This document shows, piece by piece, positions 54,661 to 64,000 of a stretch of DNA of 64,000 bases. The notes under the pieces are model-generated. The model was not told the origin of the DNA. It did not search any database and saw only the letters and a program-made list of their open reading frames with translations. Position 1 is the stretch's first letter. Each line of letters begins with the position of its first letter. A program made the translations under genes and the position numbers. The stretch lies in assembly GCA_965116015.1 (NCBI GenBank), contig OZ220477.1, forward strand, positions 2,189,704-2,253,703, given 5' to 3'. The DNA comes from Dehalococcoidia bacterium (GTDB lineage Bacteria; Chloroflexota; Dehalococcoidia; Lucifugimonadales; Australimonadaceae).

Positions 54661-55443
54661 GAGCGCGTCGCGGCGAGCTGTGGGTCGCGCGCGGCGGAGC
54701 TGCAGGAGGCGGTTGATGCGGCGCAGCTCGTGTTCGTTACGACTCCGGACGACGCGATCGGCGATGTTGCGGCGCAGGTTCGGTGGCGTGCTGGTCAGTG
54801 GGCGGCGCATTGCAGCGGCGCGCTGACGCTGAGCCCGCTCGCGCCTGTTGTCGAGGCGGGCGGGGAGGCGGGGTCGTTGCATCCGTTCCAGACGTTCGGG
54901 GGCGCGGCGTCGTTGGAGGGGGCGACGTTTGGCGTCGAGGCGGAGGGCGCGCTGCTTGCGGCGCTGGAGCGTCTTGCGCTGGAGTTCGGCGGCTATCCGT
55001 TGCGCGTGGGGGCTGAGTCGCGCGCGCTGTATCACGCGGCGTCGGTGATGAGCTGCGGTTATCTGACGACGCTGCTGAACGAGGCTCGGACGCTGTGGCT
55101 GCGGGCGGGGCTGCCGCCGGAGGGGGCGCTGCGAGCGATAGTCCGGCTCGCTCGGACGACGCTGTCGAACGTTGAGGGCGGAGGCTTGGCGGGGGCGCTG
55201 ACGGGGCCGACGTCGCGCGGGGATGCGGGGACGGTTCGGCTGCACCTCGAGGCTGTGCAGGAGGCGGCGCCGGATCTGCTTCCGCTGTACAGGGAGATTA
55301 GCCTTCGGTCGGTGGAGCTGGCGCGGGAGGCGGGCCGTCCGGGCGGGTCGGCGGATTGGTCTGGCGTGTTCGGGGCTCACGTCGGGGGCGCGGATCGGAC
55401 AGAGCGCACCGAGCGGACAGAGCGGACAGGCGGAGGGTCGTAA
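54538..55443 (+). CDS. Rossmann-fold/DUF2520-type putative NAD(P) oxidoreductase, first gene of the pan operon
   Basis: Contains [21 protein letters not shown] and a C-terminal DUF2520-like helical domain (..[19 protein letters not shown]). The tail is [11 protein letters not shown]. Confidence 0.75.
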   Translation: MVERPRIAFVGAGRLAGALAPELARLGYSVAAVASRSRASAERVAASCGSRAAELQEAVDAAQLVFVTTPDDAIGDVAAQVRWRAGQWAAHCSGALTLSPLAPVVEAGGEAGSLHPFQTFGGAASLEGATFGVEAEGALLAALERLALEFGGYPLRVGAESRALYHAASVMSCGYLTTLLNEARTLWLRAGLPPEGALRAIVRLARTTLSNVEGGGLAGALTGPTSRGDAGTVRLHLEAVQEAAPDLLPLYREISLRSVELAREAGRPGGSADWSGVFGAHVGGADRTERTERTERTGGGS

Positions 55444-55444
55444 G

Positions 55445-56278
55445 GTGCGGTTGCGGACGACAAAGCTGTTGGAGATGAAGCGGGCGGGCGAGCGGATCGT
55501 CTGCGTTACGGCCTACGATTACCCTACGGCGCGGCTCGTCGACGCGGCGGGGATACCGGTCGCGCTGGTTGGCGACAGCTTGGGGAATGTGGTGCTTGGG
55601 CACGACTCGACGATACCGGTTACGCTCGACGATATGGCGCGTCACACGCAGGCGGTGGCGCGAGGGTGCGAGCGGGCGCTGGTGGTGGCGGACTTGCCGT
55701 TTATGACGTACAACGTGAGCGTAGAGAGTTCGATGCGGAACGCCGCGCGGCTCTTGCAGGAGGGTGGAGCTCAGGCGGTGAAGCTGGAGGGGGGGCGGAC
55801 GGTCGCGGGGACTGTTCGGCGGCTGACAGAGAGCGGGATTCCGGTGATGGGGCACATTGGGCTGACGCCGCAGTCGGTGCATCAGCTTGGGGGTTACCGC
55901 GTGCAGGGGCGGACGGCGGTCGAGGCCCGGCGGTTGCTGGACGACGCTCTGGCGCTTGAGGATGCGGGGGCGTTCGCTGTGGTTATCGAGTCGGCTCCGG
56001 GCGAGCTGGCGCAGCTCATCACCGGCCGTCTGACGATTCCTACGATCGGGATAGGGGCGGGGCCGCACTGCGACGGGCAGGTGCAGGTGCTGCACGACAT
56101 CCTGGGGTTCGGGAGGGGGATTCCCCGGCACGCCAAGCAGTACGCCAGCCTGAACGATGTGATTGCGGGCGCGCTGAGGCAGTACGCGGCCGAGGTCGCC
56201 GACGGCAGCTTTCCTTCCGCGGAGCATACGACTGGCGTCGACGAGGGAGCGCTCCGCGAACTCGGCTTTGAGGGCTGA
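55445..56278 (+). CDS. panB: 3-methyl-2-oxobutanoate hydroxymethyltransferase
   Basis: Contains [17 protein letters not shown]...LVGDSLG.V..G...T and KLEGG. Confidence 0.9.
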   Translation: MRLRTTKLLEMKRAGERIVCVTAYDYPTARLVDAAGIPVALVGDSLGNVVLGHDSTIPVTLDDMARHTQAVARGCERALVVADLPFMTYNVSVESSMRNAARLLQEGGAQAVKLEGGRTVAGTVRRLTESGIPVMGHIGLTPQSVHQLGGYRVQGRTAVEARRLLDDALALEDAGAFAVVIESAPGELAQLITGRLTIPTIGIGAGPHCDGQVQVLHDILGFGRGIPRHAKQYASLNDVIAGALRQYAAEVADGSFPSAEHTTGVDEGALRELGFEG

Positions 56279-57112
56279 ATGCGGCAAGTCGCGACGGTTG
56301 CGGATCTTCGGGCGGCGCTGCGCGCAGCGCCGCGTCCGCTGGGGCTTGTCCCGACGATGGGGGCGCTGCACGAGGGGCATCTGTCGCTGATAAGGGCGGC
56401 GCGGGCGGAGTGCGCGACGACGGCGGCGTCGATCTTCGTGAATCCGGCGCAGTTCGGGGCTGGGGAGGATTTCGAGACGTACCCCCGTCCGCTGGCCAGC
56501 GACCTCGCGAAGCTGGAGCGCGAGGGGGTTGACGTCGCGTTCACGCCGTTGGTTGGGGAGATGTATCCGGAGGGGTTCGCTGTGACGGTGCGGGTGGGTG
56601 GTCCGGCGCTGCCTTTGGAGGGCGTCGCGCGTCCGGGGCACTTCGACGGAGTGGCCACGGTGGTTGCGAAGCTGTTCGCGCAGGCGTCTCCGGATCGGGC
56701 GTACTTCGGGCGGAAGGACGGGCAGCAGGCGGCTGTGGTTAAGCGGCTGGCGCGCGACCTCGATCTGCCGGTGGAGATTGTGGCGCTGCCGACGGCGCGA
56801 GAGGCTGATGGTCTGGCTGTGAGCAGCCGGAACGCGCGGCTGACGGCGGAGCAGCGGGCAGCGGCGCCGACGCTCTACCGGGCGTTGTCCGCGGCGCGCG
56901 ATCTGTTCCGCGCGGGGCGTCAGGACGCTTCCGAGGTGGAATCCGCCTGCCGCCGGATCATCGAGGCTGAGCCGCTGATCGACGGCGTCGACTATGTGGC
57001 GGTGGTGGATCCGGAGACGATGGAGCCGCCAGCCGGGGCGGGGGAGCGGATGCTCGCGGCGGCGGCGCGCATGGGGAGCGTGCGTCTGCTCGACAACGTC
57101 GCGTTGGACTAG
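56279..57112 (+). CDS. panC: Pantoate--beta-alanine ligase
   Basis: Contains GLVPTMGALHEGHLSLI and SIFVNP.QF. Confidence 0.95.
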   Translation: MRQVATVADLRAALRAAPRPLGLVPTMGALHEGHLSLIRAARAECATTAASIFVNPAQFGAGEDFETYPRPLASDLAKLEREGVDVAFTPLVGEMYPEGFAVTVRVGGPALPLEGVARPGHFDGVATVVAKLFAQASPDRAYFGRKDGQQAAVVKRLARDLDLPVEIVALPTAREADGLAVSSRNARLTAEQRAAAPTLYRALSAARDLFRAGRQDASEVESACRRIIEAEPLIDGVDYVAVVDPETMEPPAGAGERMLAAAARMGSVRLLDNVALD

Positions 57113-57215
57113 GAGGCGGGCGCGGAGCGGGGAGGCGGGGCGCCTTCGGAAGCGCGCTTGCCTGGAATGAGGAGATGGGGGGGAGGGGATAGGCAGGGCA
57201 TTCGGTTGCTTGTTG

Positions 57216-57244
57216 TTGACACTTATCGGGGCGATTTCTAGAAT
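57216..57244 (+). promoter_or_regulatory. Near-consensus sigma70-type promoter (TTGACA-17-TAGAAT) upstream of the pyrG leader
   Basis: Hexamers and spacing read directly. Confidence 0.55.
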
Positions 57245-57283
57245 CGTTGAATGCGGGAGCGAGCAGGGAGCTAGAGGGCTGGC

Positions 57284-57325
57284 GAGAGGGACACTCTACC
57301 GGGTGTCCCTCTCTTTTTGTCTTTT
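57284..57325 (+). terminator. Strong intrinsic terminator/attenuator in the pyrG 5' leader (GAGAGGGACAC-loop-GTGTCCCTCTC + TTTTTGTCTTTT)
   Basis: 11-bp perfect stem plus a U-tract. It lies about 35 nt downstream of the predicted transcription start and 38 nt upstream of the pyrG ATG. Confidence 0.75.
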
Positions 57326-57362
57326 GGCTTGGGATTCCGCGCTCTCGGCCTGGAGGCGGGCG

Positions 57363-59003
57363 ATGACTGCGAAGTACATCTTCGTGACGGGCGGCGTGGT
57401 GAGCTCCATAGGGAAGGGCATCTGCGCAGCCTCCATCGGGCGCATTCTGAAGAGCCGCGGCGTCTCCGTCGCCATTCAGAAGCTTGACCCTTACCTGAAC
57501 GTCGATCCGGGGACGATGTCTCCCTATCAGCATGGGGAGGTTTTTGTCACCAAGGACGGGTCTGAGACGGATATGGATCTTGGGCACTACGAGCGGTTCA
57601 TCGATATCGAGCTGACGGAGAGTTCGAACGTAACCGCCGGGCAGATCTACACGCAGGTTATCGGCAGGGAGCGTCGGGGCGACTACCTTGGGGGGACGAT
57701 TCAGATCGTGCCGCACGTTACGGACGCCATCAAGGCGTATATGCGCCGGGTGGCGGAGGAGCGCTCGCCGGATGTGGTGATCGTCGAGGTGGGGGGGACG
57801 GTGGGGGACATCGAGGGGCAGCCGTTCCTGGAGGCGATCCGGCAGATGCGGACGGAGGTTGGGCGGAACAATACGTATTACATCCATGTGACGCTGCTCC
57901 CGCACATCGGCGCGACGGGTGAGCTGAAGACGAAGCCGACGCAGCACTCGGTGCGGGAGCTGCGCGCTATCGGCATTCAGCCGGATGCGATCGTCTGCCG
58001 CTCGGATTACGACATACCGGACGACATTAAGGACAAGATTTCGTTGTTCTGCGATGTGCGGCGCGAGGCGGTGGCGCCGATGAAGACGGCGCAGAACATC
58101 TATCAGGCGCCGGGGATACTCGAAGACGCGCGGATGGGGGACATTCTGACGGAGTCGCTGGGGCTGACGGCTACTCCGGGCGATATGGCGGGCTGGCGGA
58201 TGATGGTGGAGCGGATGATGGAGCCGCATCCGTCGCTGCCCATCGCGGTCGTGGGGAAGTACGCGGATCTTCCGGAGGCCTACATCTCTGTGAGGGAGGC
58301 GCTGCGGCACGCCGGGCTCCACATCGACCGCGACGTTGCGATCGATTGGGTGCAGTCGGAGGACGTGGAGCGGGACGGCGCCGACGCATGGCTGGCGAAC
58401 GTTTCGGGGATCGTCGTGCCGGGGGGGTTCGGAGAGCGGGGGATCGATGGGATGATTGCGTCGGTTACGTATGCGCGGAAGCAGCGTCTGCCGTATCTGG
58501 GCCTATGCCTGGGGATGCAGGTGATGGTGATTGAGCACGCGCGGGGGATAAAGGGGCTGGAGCAGGCGAACTCTTCGGAGTTCGCTCCGGACTCGCCGCA
58601 TCCGGTAATCGACTATATGCCTGACCAGAAGGGGGTTATCGATCTGGGGGGCACGATGCGCCTCGGCAATTATCCGTGCTTGCTGTCGCCGGGCTCGAAG
58701 GCTGCGGAATCCTACCAGGCGCTGGAGGCGATGGAGCGGCACCGTCATCGATTCGAGTTCAACAATTCGTACCGGGAGCCGCTGCAGGAGGAGGGTCTGT
58801 TCGCGAGCGGGCTGTCGCCTGACGGCCGGCTGGTGGAGATTGTGGAGCAGGTGGAGCATCCGTTTATGGTGGGGGTGCAGTTCCACCCGGAGTTCCGCTC
58901 GCGCCCGCAGGCGCCGCATCCGTTGTTCCGCGCGTTCGTCGCGGCGGCGGGAGAGGTTGTGCGGGAGGGCGATCAGCAGGAGCTGCCGCTAACTATCGAG
59001 TAG
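57363..59003 (+). CDS. pyrG: CTP synthase
   Basis: Contains KYIFVTGGVVSSIGKGI and the GATase motif GLCLGMQ. Confidence 0.95.
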   Translation: MTAKYIFVTGGVVSSIGKGICAASIGRILKSRGVSVAIQKLDPYLNVDPGTMSPYQHGEVFVTKDGSETDMDLGHYERFIDIELTESSNVTAGQIYTQVIGRERRGDYLGGTIQIVPHVTDAIKAYMRRVAEERSPDVVIVEVGGTVGDIEGQPFLEAIRQMRTEVGRNNTYYIHVTLLPHIGATGELKTKPTQHSVRELRAIGIQPDAIVCRSDYDIPDDIKDKISLFCDVRREAVAPMKTAQNIYQAPGILEDARMGDILTESLGLTATPGDMAGWRMMVERMMEPHPSLPIAVVGKYADLPEAYISVREALRHAGLHIDRDVAIDWVQSEDVERDGADAWLANVSGIVVPGGFGERGIDGMIASVTYARKQRLPYLGLCLGMQVMVIEHARGIKGLEQANSSEFAPDSPHPVIDYMPDQKGVIDLGGTMRLGNYPCLLSPGSKAAESYQALEAMERHRHRFEFNNSYREPLQEEGLFASGLSPDGRLVEIVEQVEHPFMVGVQFHPEFRSRPQAPHPLFRAFVAAAGEVVREGDQQELPLTIE

Positions 59004-59020
59004 AGGGAGGCGTCCTGCGC

Positions 59021-59165
59021 GCTGCTTGCGCGGGAACGGCGGGGGCGTCTGCAAGGGCGGGGAGGGTGGCCGGCGCTAGCGCTGGCCTGCGCGGGAACGG
59101 GGCGGGGCGCTCGGGGGCTCGCTCGCTCGATATCGACGACGGCTGGCCTGCGCGGGAGCGGGCCA
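59021..59165. repeat. Three copies of a GC-rich element ((gctggcc)TGCGCGGGA(A/G)CGG) in a convergent intergenic spacer
   Basis: Copies near 59027, 59081-59100 and 59142-59161, read directly. Confidence 0.6.
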
Positions 59166-59178
59166 GAGCGCTGGGGAG

Positions 59179-60447
59179 CTAGATCTCTTTGGTGAGGGTG
59201 GCGAGGAATTCCTTGTTGCTCTTGGTGCGCCCCATGCGCTCGATGACGCGCTCGGTGGCCTCGGCGCCGTTGATGGCGTCGCCGGCGATCATGCTGCTCA
59301 TCCGGCGGAGCAGGTAGACCTGACGGAGCGTCAGCTCGTCGAGCAGGAGCTCTTCGCGGCGGGTGCCGCTGCGCTGGATGTCGATCGAGGGGAACGTGCG
59401 TCGCTCCGCGAGCCGGCGGTCGAGGTGGAGCTCCATATTGCCGGTGCCTTTGAACTCCTCATAGATAACCTCGTCCATGCGGCTGCCTGTTTCAACGAGG
59501 CAGGCGGCGAGGACGGTGAGGCTGCCGCCCTCTTCGGTGTTGCGCGCGGCTCCGAAGAAGCGCTTGGGGGGATAGAGCGCGACGGGGTCGATGCCTCCGG
59601 AGAGGGTGCGCCCGCTCGTGGGGACTGCGACGTTGTAGGCGCGTGTGAGGCGGGTGATGGAGTCGAGGAGCACGACGACATCCCGCCCGTCTTCGACGAG
59701 GCGTTTGGAGCGTTCGAGGCAGAGTTCGGCGACGCGGCAGTGGTCTTCGACGGGCTCGTCGAATGTGGCGGAGTAGACCTCGCCGTTGACGGAGCGTTTG
59801 ACGTCGGTTACCTCTTCGGGTCGTTCGCCGATGAGGGCGACCATAATCTGGATGTCGGGGTAGTTGGCGCTGACGCCGGAGGCGATCTGTTTGAGGAGCG
59901 TGGTTTTGCCGGCTTTGGGGGGGGCGACGATCAGGCCGCGCTGTCCTCGTCCGATGGGGGAGAGGATGTCGATCATGCGCGTCGCGATGTCGTGGGCGGT
60001 GGTTTCGAGCTTCATCTGCACGTCGGGGAAGATGGGGGTGAGGCGTTCGAAGTTCTTGCGCCGGCGCGCGACTTCAGGGTCGAGGCCGTTCACGGCTTCG
60101 ACCCTGGTGATGCCTGCGTAGCGTTCGTTCTCGCGGGTTTCGCGCACCTGGCCGAGGACGAGGTCGCCGGTGCGGAGGCTGAGGCGTCGGATGAGGGATT
60201 GGGAGATGTAGGCGTCGCTAGGGTTGTTCCTGCGGCCATTGTGCCGGAGGAAGCCGTAGCCGTCGGGGAGGATTTCGAGGACGCCGCTAGCGAGGAGCAC
60301 GCCTTCTTGTTCGGCGTATCCCTGGAGGGCTGCGTAGAGGGCGTCGTCGTAGTCTCTTGGGGCTGAGCCGTTGCTGCTAACGCCGAGGTCTTTGGCGATG
60401 GCGGCGAGTTGATCGGCGGACTTGTTCTGCAATTGGGCGATGTTCAT
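59179..60447 (-). CDS. rho: Transcription termination factor Rho
   Basis: Contains an N-terminal Rho_N segment, an RNA-binding domain (GYGFLR) and Walker A PPKAGKT. Confidence 0.95.
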   Translation of the reverse strand: MNIAQLQNKSADQLAAIAKDLGVSSNGSAPRDYDDALYAALQGYAEQEGVLLASGVLEILPDGYGFLRHNGRRNNPSDAYISQSLIRRLSLRTGDLVLGQVRETRENERYAGITRVEAVNGLDPEVARRRKNFERLTPIFPDVQMKLETTAHDIATRMIDILSPIGRGQRGLIVAPPKAGKTTLLKQIASGVSANYPDIQIMVALIGERPEEVTDVKRSVNGEVYSATFDEPVEDHCRVAELCLERSKRLVEDGRDVVVLLDSITRLTRAYNVAVPTSGRTLSGGIDPVALYPPKRFFGAARNTEEGGSLTVLAACLVETGSRMDEVIYEEFKGTGNMELHLDRRLAERRTFPSIDIQRSGTRREELLLDELTLRQVYLLRRMSSMIAGDAINGAEATERVIERMGRTKSNKEFLATLTKEI

Positions 60448-60881
60448 GGGGTCTCCGTATTGTCATTGGCGAACGCATGCCGTCCGGGCGCTTCCGGTTG
60501 GCTGCGGTATGCGATTGTGAGCGGGAATTGGGCGTTTATGACGAAGTGCGGGGGGCCGTGGAGATTTGGCGGAATGGCGGCCGCTGGATGATGGGGATGC
60601 TCCGGTTAGAACAGAGCAAGGCCGGCGCCGACTGCGCCGCATCTGTATGCTACAGCGCCGCTGTGCGGCGTTCAACCGGCTGGCGGCGCCGCTTGCGCGA
60701 TTTTCTCACTTTTTCTGCACGGTGTGCGCAGTTGAAGTAAAGCATGCGGAGTTTATAGAAAAGCGGCGGAGGTTGCGCGCGTTCTGCGGGGGGCGTTGCT
60801 GCTGAGGCGGAGAGCGGATGTTGAGATGTTGAAGGGGAGGGCATGCGGCGGGAGACTCCGCAGAAATGCCGGGGGGACGCG

Positions 60882-60911
60882 TTGACAGGGGGAATGCGGT
60901 TCGGGTAGCAT
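60882..60911 (+). promoter_or_regulatory. Possible promoter of the rpsL operon (TTGACA-18-TAGCAT)
   Basis: Hexamers read directly, about 60 nt upstream of rpsL. Confidence 0.4.
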
Positions 60912-60972
60912 AGTAATGTTCGCGCTTGAACAGGGCGCGACAGGCTCTTAAAGCTATGCAGGCGCGAGTAAA

Positions 60973-61383
60973 ATGCCGACGGTAAATCAACTGGTGCGAC
61001 AGGGACGCGAGCGCGTGGTGAAGAAGACCAAGGCGCCTGCGCTCCGTTTCGTCCGCAACACCTTGCGCAACCGCGTGTATCGCGGAGGCGGCAGCCCTCA
61101 GAAGCTGGGGGTGTGCGTTCAGGTGCGGACGGTGACGCCCAGGAAGCCGAACTCGGCTCTGCGCAAGGTGGCCCGCGTTCGTATGACGAACGGGATGGAG
61201 GTTACGGTCTACATTCCGGGAGAAGGGCACACGTTGCAGGAGCACTCCGTCGTTCTGATTCGCGGCGGCCGCGTGAAGGATCTGCCGGGCGTGCGTTACC
61301 ACATTATCCGTGGGGCGCTCGACGCGACGGGAGTGAACGGGCGCAAGCAGGGCCGGAGCAAGTACGGAACCAAGCGCCCCTAA
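60973..61383 (+). CDS. rpsL: 30S ribosomal protein S12
   Basis: Contains [12 protein letters not shown] and [16 protein letters not shown]...[13 protein letters not shown]. It carries an insertion of about 14 aa between PAL and PQK relative to E. coli S12. Confidence 0.95.
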   Translation: MPTVNQLVRQGRERVVKKTKAPALRFVRNTLRNRVYRGGGSPQKLGVCVQVRTVTPRKPNSALRKVARVRMTNGMEVTVYIPGEGHTLQEHSVVLIRGGRVKDLPGVRYHIIRGALDATGVNGRKQGRSKYGTKRP

Positions 61384-61506
61384 GCGTTTCGGTTGCATCC
61401 CTTGCCTTGCGGCGGAGGCCGCAGGGCGCATCGGCGCCGCGTCTGCGGGCGCAGGCGTTGTTATGGGGCTGCACACGCTCGGGGGCGAGAAGGAAGAGCG
61501 AGACAG

Positions 61507-61977
61507 ATGTCACGCCGACGACGGGCGGAACGAAGGGGGTTGTCCCCTGATCCGGTGCATGGGAGCGCGCAGCTGGCGAGCTTCATTAACCGGGTGATGC
61601 GCAACGGGAAGAAGACGGTGGCGCAGCGCACTGTGTATGGAGCGCTCGACCGGGTGGCGCGGGACACGAACCGCGATCCGATGGAGGTGTTCGACACGGC
61701 GCTTCGGAACGTTACGCCGCTGGTGGAGGTGAAGCCTCGGCGCGTGGGCGGCGCGACGTATCAGGTGCCGGTGGAGGTTCCGGAGCGCCGGAGGAACGCG
61801 CTGGCGATGCGCTGGCTTATCAGGTCGGCGCGGGCGCGGGGCGGTCAGCCGATGCGCTCCCGTTTGGCCGCAGAGATACTCGACGCCTCTCGGGGGCAGG
61901 GCGCAGCCGCCCGCCGCCGCGAGGAGGCGCACCGCATGGCCGAGGCCAACAGGGCCTTCGTGCACTATAGATGGTAA
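61507..61977 (+). CDS. rpsG: 30S ribosomal protein S7
   Basis: Contains [16 protein letters not shown] and [19 protein letters not shown]. Confidence 0.95.
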   Translation: MSRRRRAERRGLSPDPVHGSAQLASFINRVMRNGKKTVAQRTVYGALDRVARDTNRDPMEVFDTALRNVTPLVEVKPRRVGGATYQVPVEVPERRRNALAMRWLIRSARARGGQPMRSRLAAEILDASRGQGAAARRREEAHRMAEANRAFVHYRW

Positions 61978-61981
61978 GGCT

Positions 61982-64000
61982 ATGACTGCTACAGATCTCC
62001 AACGTGTCCGCAATATCGGCTTCATTGCCCACATCGACGCTGGCAAGACGACGGTGACCGAGCGTGTGCTGTTCTTCACGGGGCGCACGTACAAGCTTGG
62101 GGAGGTTCACGAGGGGACCGCCGTTATGGACTGGATGGCGCAGGAGCGCGAGCGCGGCATAACGATAACGTCCGCCGCGACGCGCGCAGAGTGGAGGGGG
62201 CATCAGGTCAATATCATCGACACCCCCGGGCATGTGGATTTCACGGCTGAAGTAGAACGAAGCCTCCGCGTACTAGACGGAGGCGTTGTTGTGTTTGACG
62301 CGGTGGCGGGGGTGCAGCCGCAGTCGGAAACGGTATGGCGTCAGGCCGACCGGTACGGGGTTCCGCGCATCTGCTTCATCAATAAGATGGACCGCATAGG
62401 GGCGGATTTCGAGAAGGCGATGGAATCGATCCGGCGCAGGCTCAACGCTGTGCCGATTCCCGTGCAGTACCCGATAGGGTCGGAGGATCAGTTCCACGGC
62501 GTAGTGGATCTCATCGAGGAGAAGGCGTGGTTCTTCGAACGCGCCGGCGCTCCCGGCGAACTGCGCGAGGGGGAGATTCCCGCGGGGATGCGCGAACGGA
62601 TCGCGAACATCCGCGAGGAGGTGATTGAGCGCGTCGCGGAGAACGACGAGCATATGCTCGAGATGTTCCTCGCGGGGGAGACTCCGTCGCCGGAGGAGAT
62701 CAAGGCGGCGCTGCGGCGCGCCGCGATCGCCAACCACGCGACGCCGGTCGTGTGCGGCTCGGCGTTGCAGAGCCTGGGGGTGCAGCTGGCGCTGGACGCG
62801 GTGATCGATTACCTGCCGTCTCCGCTGGATGTTCCGCCGGTTGCCGGCTCTGTGCCGGGCAGCGAGGAGAAGGTTGAGCGAAGGGCGGACGCGTCGGAGC
62901 CGTTCGCGGCGCTTGCGTTCAAGGTGGTCTCCGATCCGTACGCGGGGCGTTTGGTGTACTTCCGCGTGTATTCGGGGTCGATGAAGGCGGGCGGAAGCGT
63001 GTACAACTCGACGAAGGGCGCGAGGGAGCGGATGGGGCGCATTATGTTTATGCATGCGAACCATCGGGAGGATTCCGACACGATCTCGGCAGGCGAGATC
63101 GGCGCCGCGGTGGGGCTGAAGAATACGTTCACGGGCGAGACGATATGCGACGAGCGATTCCCTGTGACGCTTATGCCGATACGTTTCGCGGAGCCGGTGA
63201 TTTCGGTGGCTATCGAGCCGGCGACGCGGGCGGAGCAGGATAAGCTGACGGACTCGCTGATCAAGCTGGCGGAGGAAGATCCGACGTTCCGCGTGCATCA
63301 CGATTCCGAGACGAGCCAGACGATTATGTCGGGGATGGGGGAGCTTCATCTGGAGATTCTGGTGGATCGGCTGCGGCGGGAGTTTAATGTGGAGGCGGCG
63401 GTTGGCCGCCCGCAGGTGGCGTACCGAGAGGCGATCACGAAGCCGGCGTCGGCGCGCGGGAGGTTCGTGCGTCAGACGGGGGGCCGAGGTCAGTTTGGCG
63501 ATTGCGAGCTGGAGATTGAGCCGGGGGAGCCTGGCTCCGGTTTCCGGTTCGTGAATCAGATCGTGGGGGGGGCTATTCCGAGGGAGTTTATTCCGGCGGT
63601 TAGCAAGGGCGCTGAAGAGGCGCTGCAAACCGGCGTGGTGGCTGGCTACCCCGTTATGGATCTAGTGGTGTCGGTAGTGGATGGCTCGTTCCATCCGGTG
63701 GACTCGTCGGAGATTGCGTTCAAGATAGCGGGGTCGATGGCGCTGAAGGAGGCGTTGAGCAAGGCGTCGCCGATCCTGCTCGAGCCGGTGATGGAGCTGC
63801 AGGTGAGCACGCCCGGGGAGTACCTGGGCGAGGTTCTGGCCGATGTGAACGGGCGGCGCGGGCGCATTCGGTCGATGGAGGGTCAGGGCGGCGCGCACAC
63901 GGTGGAGGCGGATGTCCCGCTTGTGGAGATGTTCGGCTATGCGACGGCGTTGCGGTCGCTCACTCAGGGGCGCGCGAATCATTCGATGGAGTTTGGCCGT
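61982..64000 (+). CDS. fusA: Elongation factor G, 3' end outside the window
   Basis: Contains [31 protein letters not shown]. The frame is open to the window end, which is why it is absent from the ORF track. Confidence 0.95.
   Translation, partial: MTATDLQRVRNIGFIAHIDAGKTTVTERVLFFTGRTYKLGEVHEGTAVMDWMAQERERGITITSAATRAEWRGHQVNIIDTPGHVDFTAEVERSLRVLDGGVVVFDAVAGVQPQSETVWRQADRYGVPRICFINKMDRIGADFEKAMESIRRRLNAVPIPVQYPIGSEDQFHGVVDLIEEKAWFFERAGAPGELREGEIPAGMRERIANIREEVIERVAENDEHMLEMFLAGETPSPEEIKAALRRAAIANHATPVVCGSALQSLGVQLALDAVIDYLPSPLDVPPVAGSVPGSEEKVERRADASEPFAALAFKVVSDPYAGRLVYFRVYSGSMKAGGSVYNSTKGARERMGRIMFMHANHREDSDTISAGEIGAAVGLKNTFTGETICDERFPVTLMPIRFAEPVISVAIEPATRAEQDKLTDSLIKLAEEDPTFRVHHDSETSQTIMSGMGELHLEILVDRLRREFNVEAAVGRPQVAYREAITKPASARGRFVRQTGGRGQFGDCELEIEPGEPGSGFRFVNQIVGGAIPREFIPAVSKGAEEALQTGVVAGYPVMDLVVSVVDGSFHPVDSSEIAFKIAGSMALKEALSKASPILLEPVMELQVSTPGEYLGEVLADVNGRRGRIRSMEGQGGAHTVEADVPLVEMFGYATALRSLTQGRANHSMEFGR

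Noticed and set aside
55395-55430. Short tandem repeat encoding [11 protein letters not shown] at the end of the DUF2520 gene
   Set aside because: It is a trivial repeat of about 12 nt in a C-terminal tail just before panB. I see no evidence of function beyond slippage.
1-64000. tRNA, rRNA, tmRNA or RNase P genes, transposases, integrases and prophage genes
   Set aside because: I scanned the intergenic spacers by eye for T-loop-like GGTTCGAATCC and cloverleaf patterns, and the ORFs for DDE or tyrosine-recombinase signatures, and found none. A covariance-model scan would be needed for certainty.

Overview
The window is a 64-kb, very GC-rich, gene-dense bacterial chromosomal segment. I could not identify the taxon without searches; the gene set (ThyX, GuaB3, KorAB, GatCA, hopanoid genes, Mbh-like Mrp) suggests a Terrabacteria/Chloroflexota-like or actinobacterial organism. 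About 60 protein genes are supportable, and I found no rRNA, tRNA or CRISPR array. Core content, left to right:
- CoA-transferase tail, EamA transporter, VOC protein, solute-binding lipoprotein, Rieske oxygenase, methyltransferase, aldo/keto reductase and polA.
- An 11-cistron Mrp/Mbh-like antiporter cluster.
- A hopanoid operon (hpnH-orf-hpnG-hpnA-shc).
- An MFS transporter, tatC-tatA and an rlmD-maf fusion gene.
- Hydratase, SDR, lpd-korAB and thyX.
- A TPP-riboswitch-controlled thiamine salvage operon (SSS transporter-tenA-thiD).
- hup, dinB, gatCA, guaB3, S58 peptidase, a DUF2520-panB-panC operon and pyrG with a leader terminator.
- rho, rpsL-rpsG and a partial fusA.

Two small accessory insertions are visibly more A/T-rich than their surroundings:
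- At 4644-6376, an ABC/AAA_21-type ATPase is followed 4 nt later by a small Toprim-like DUF3226-type gene that is split by a frameshift in a C7 tract. I regard this split-OLD/PARIS-like pair as the best candidate for an uncharacterised defence-type system.
- At 51.6-53.2 kb, a higB toxin plus a long XRE-HTH/M78-peptidase antitoxin cassette is bracketed by 26-27-bp direct repeats.

Three near-equal-length (about 178-188 bp) tandem duplications each span a gene end. The window also contains several intergenic repeat families, a G16 homopolymer, a TPP riboswitch and several clear intrinsic terminators. Coordinates derived by counting in the printed sequence may be off by 1-2 nt.
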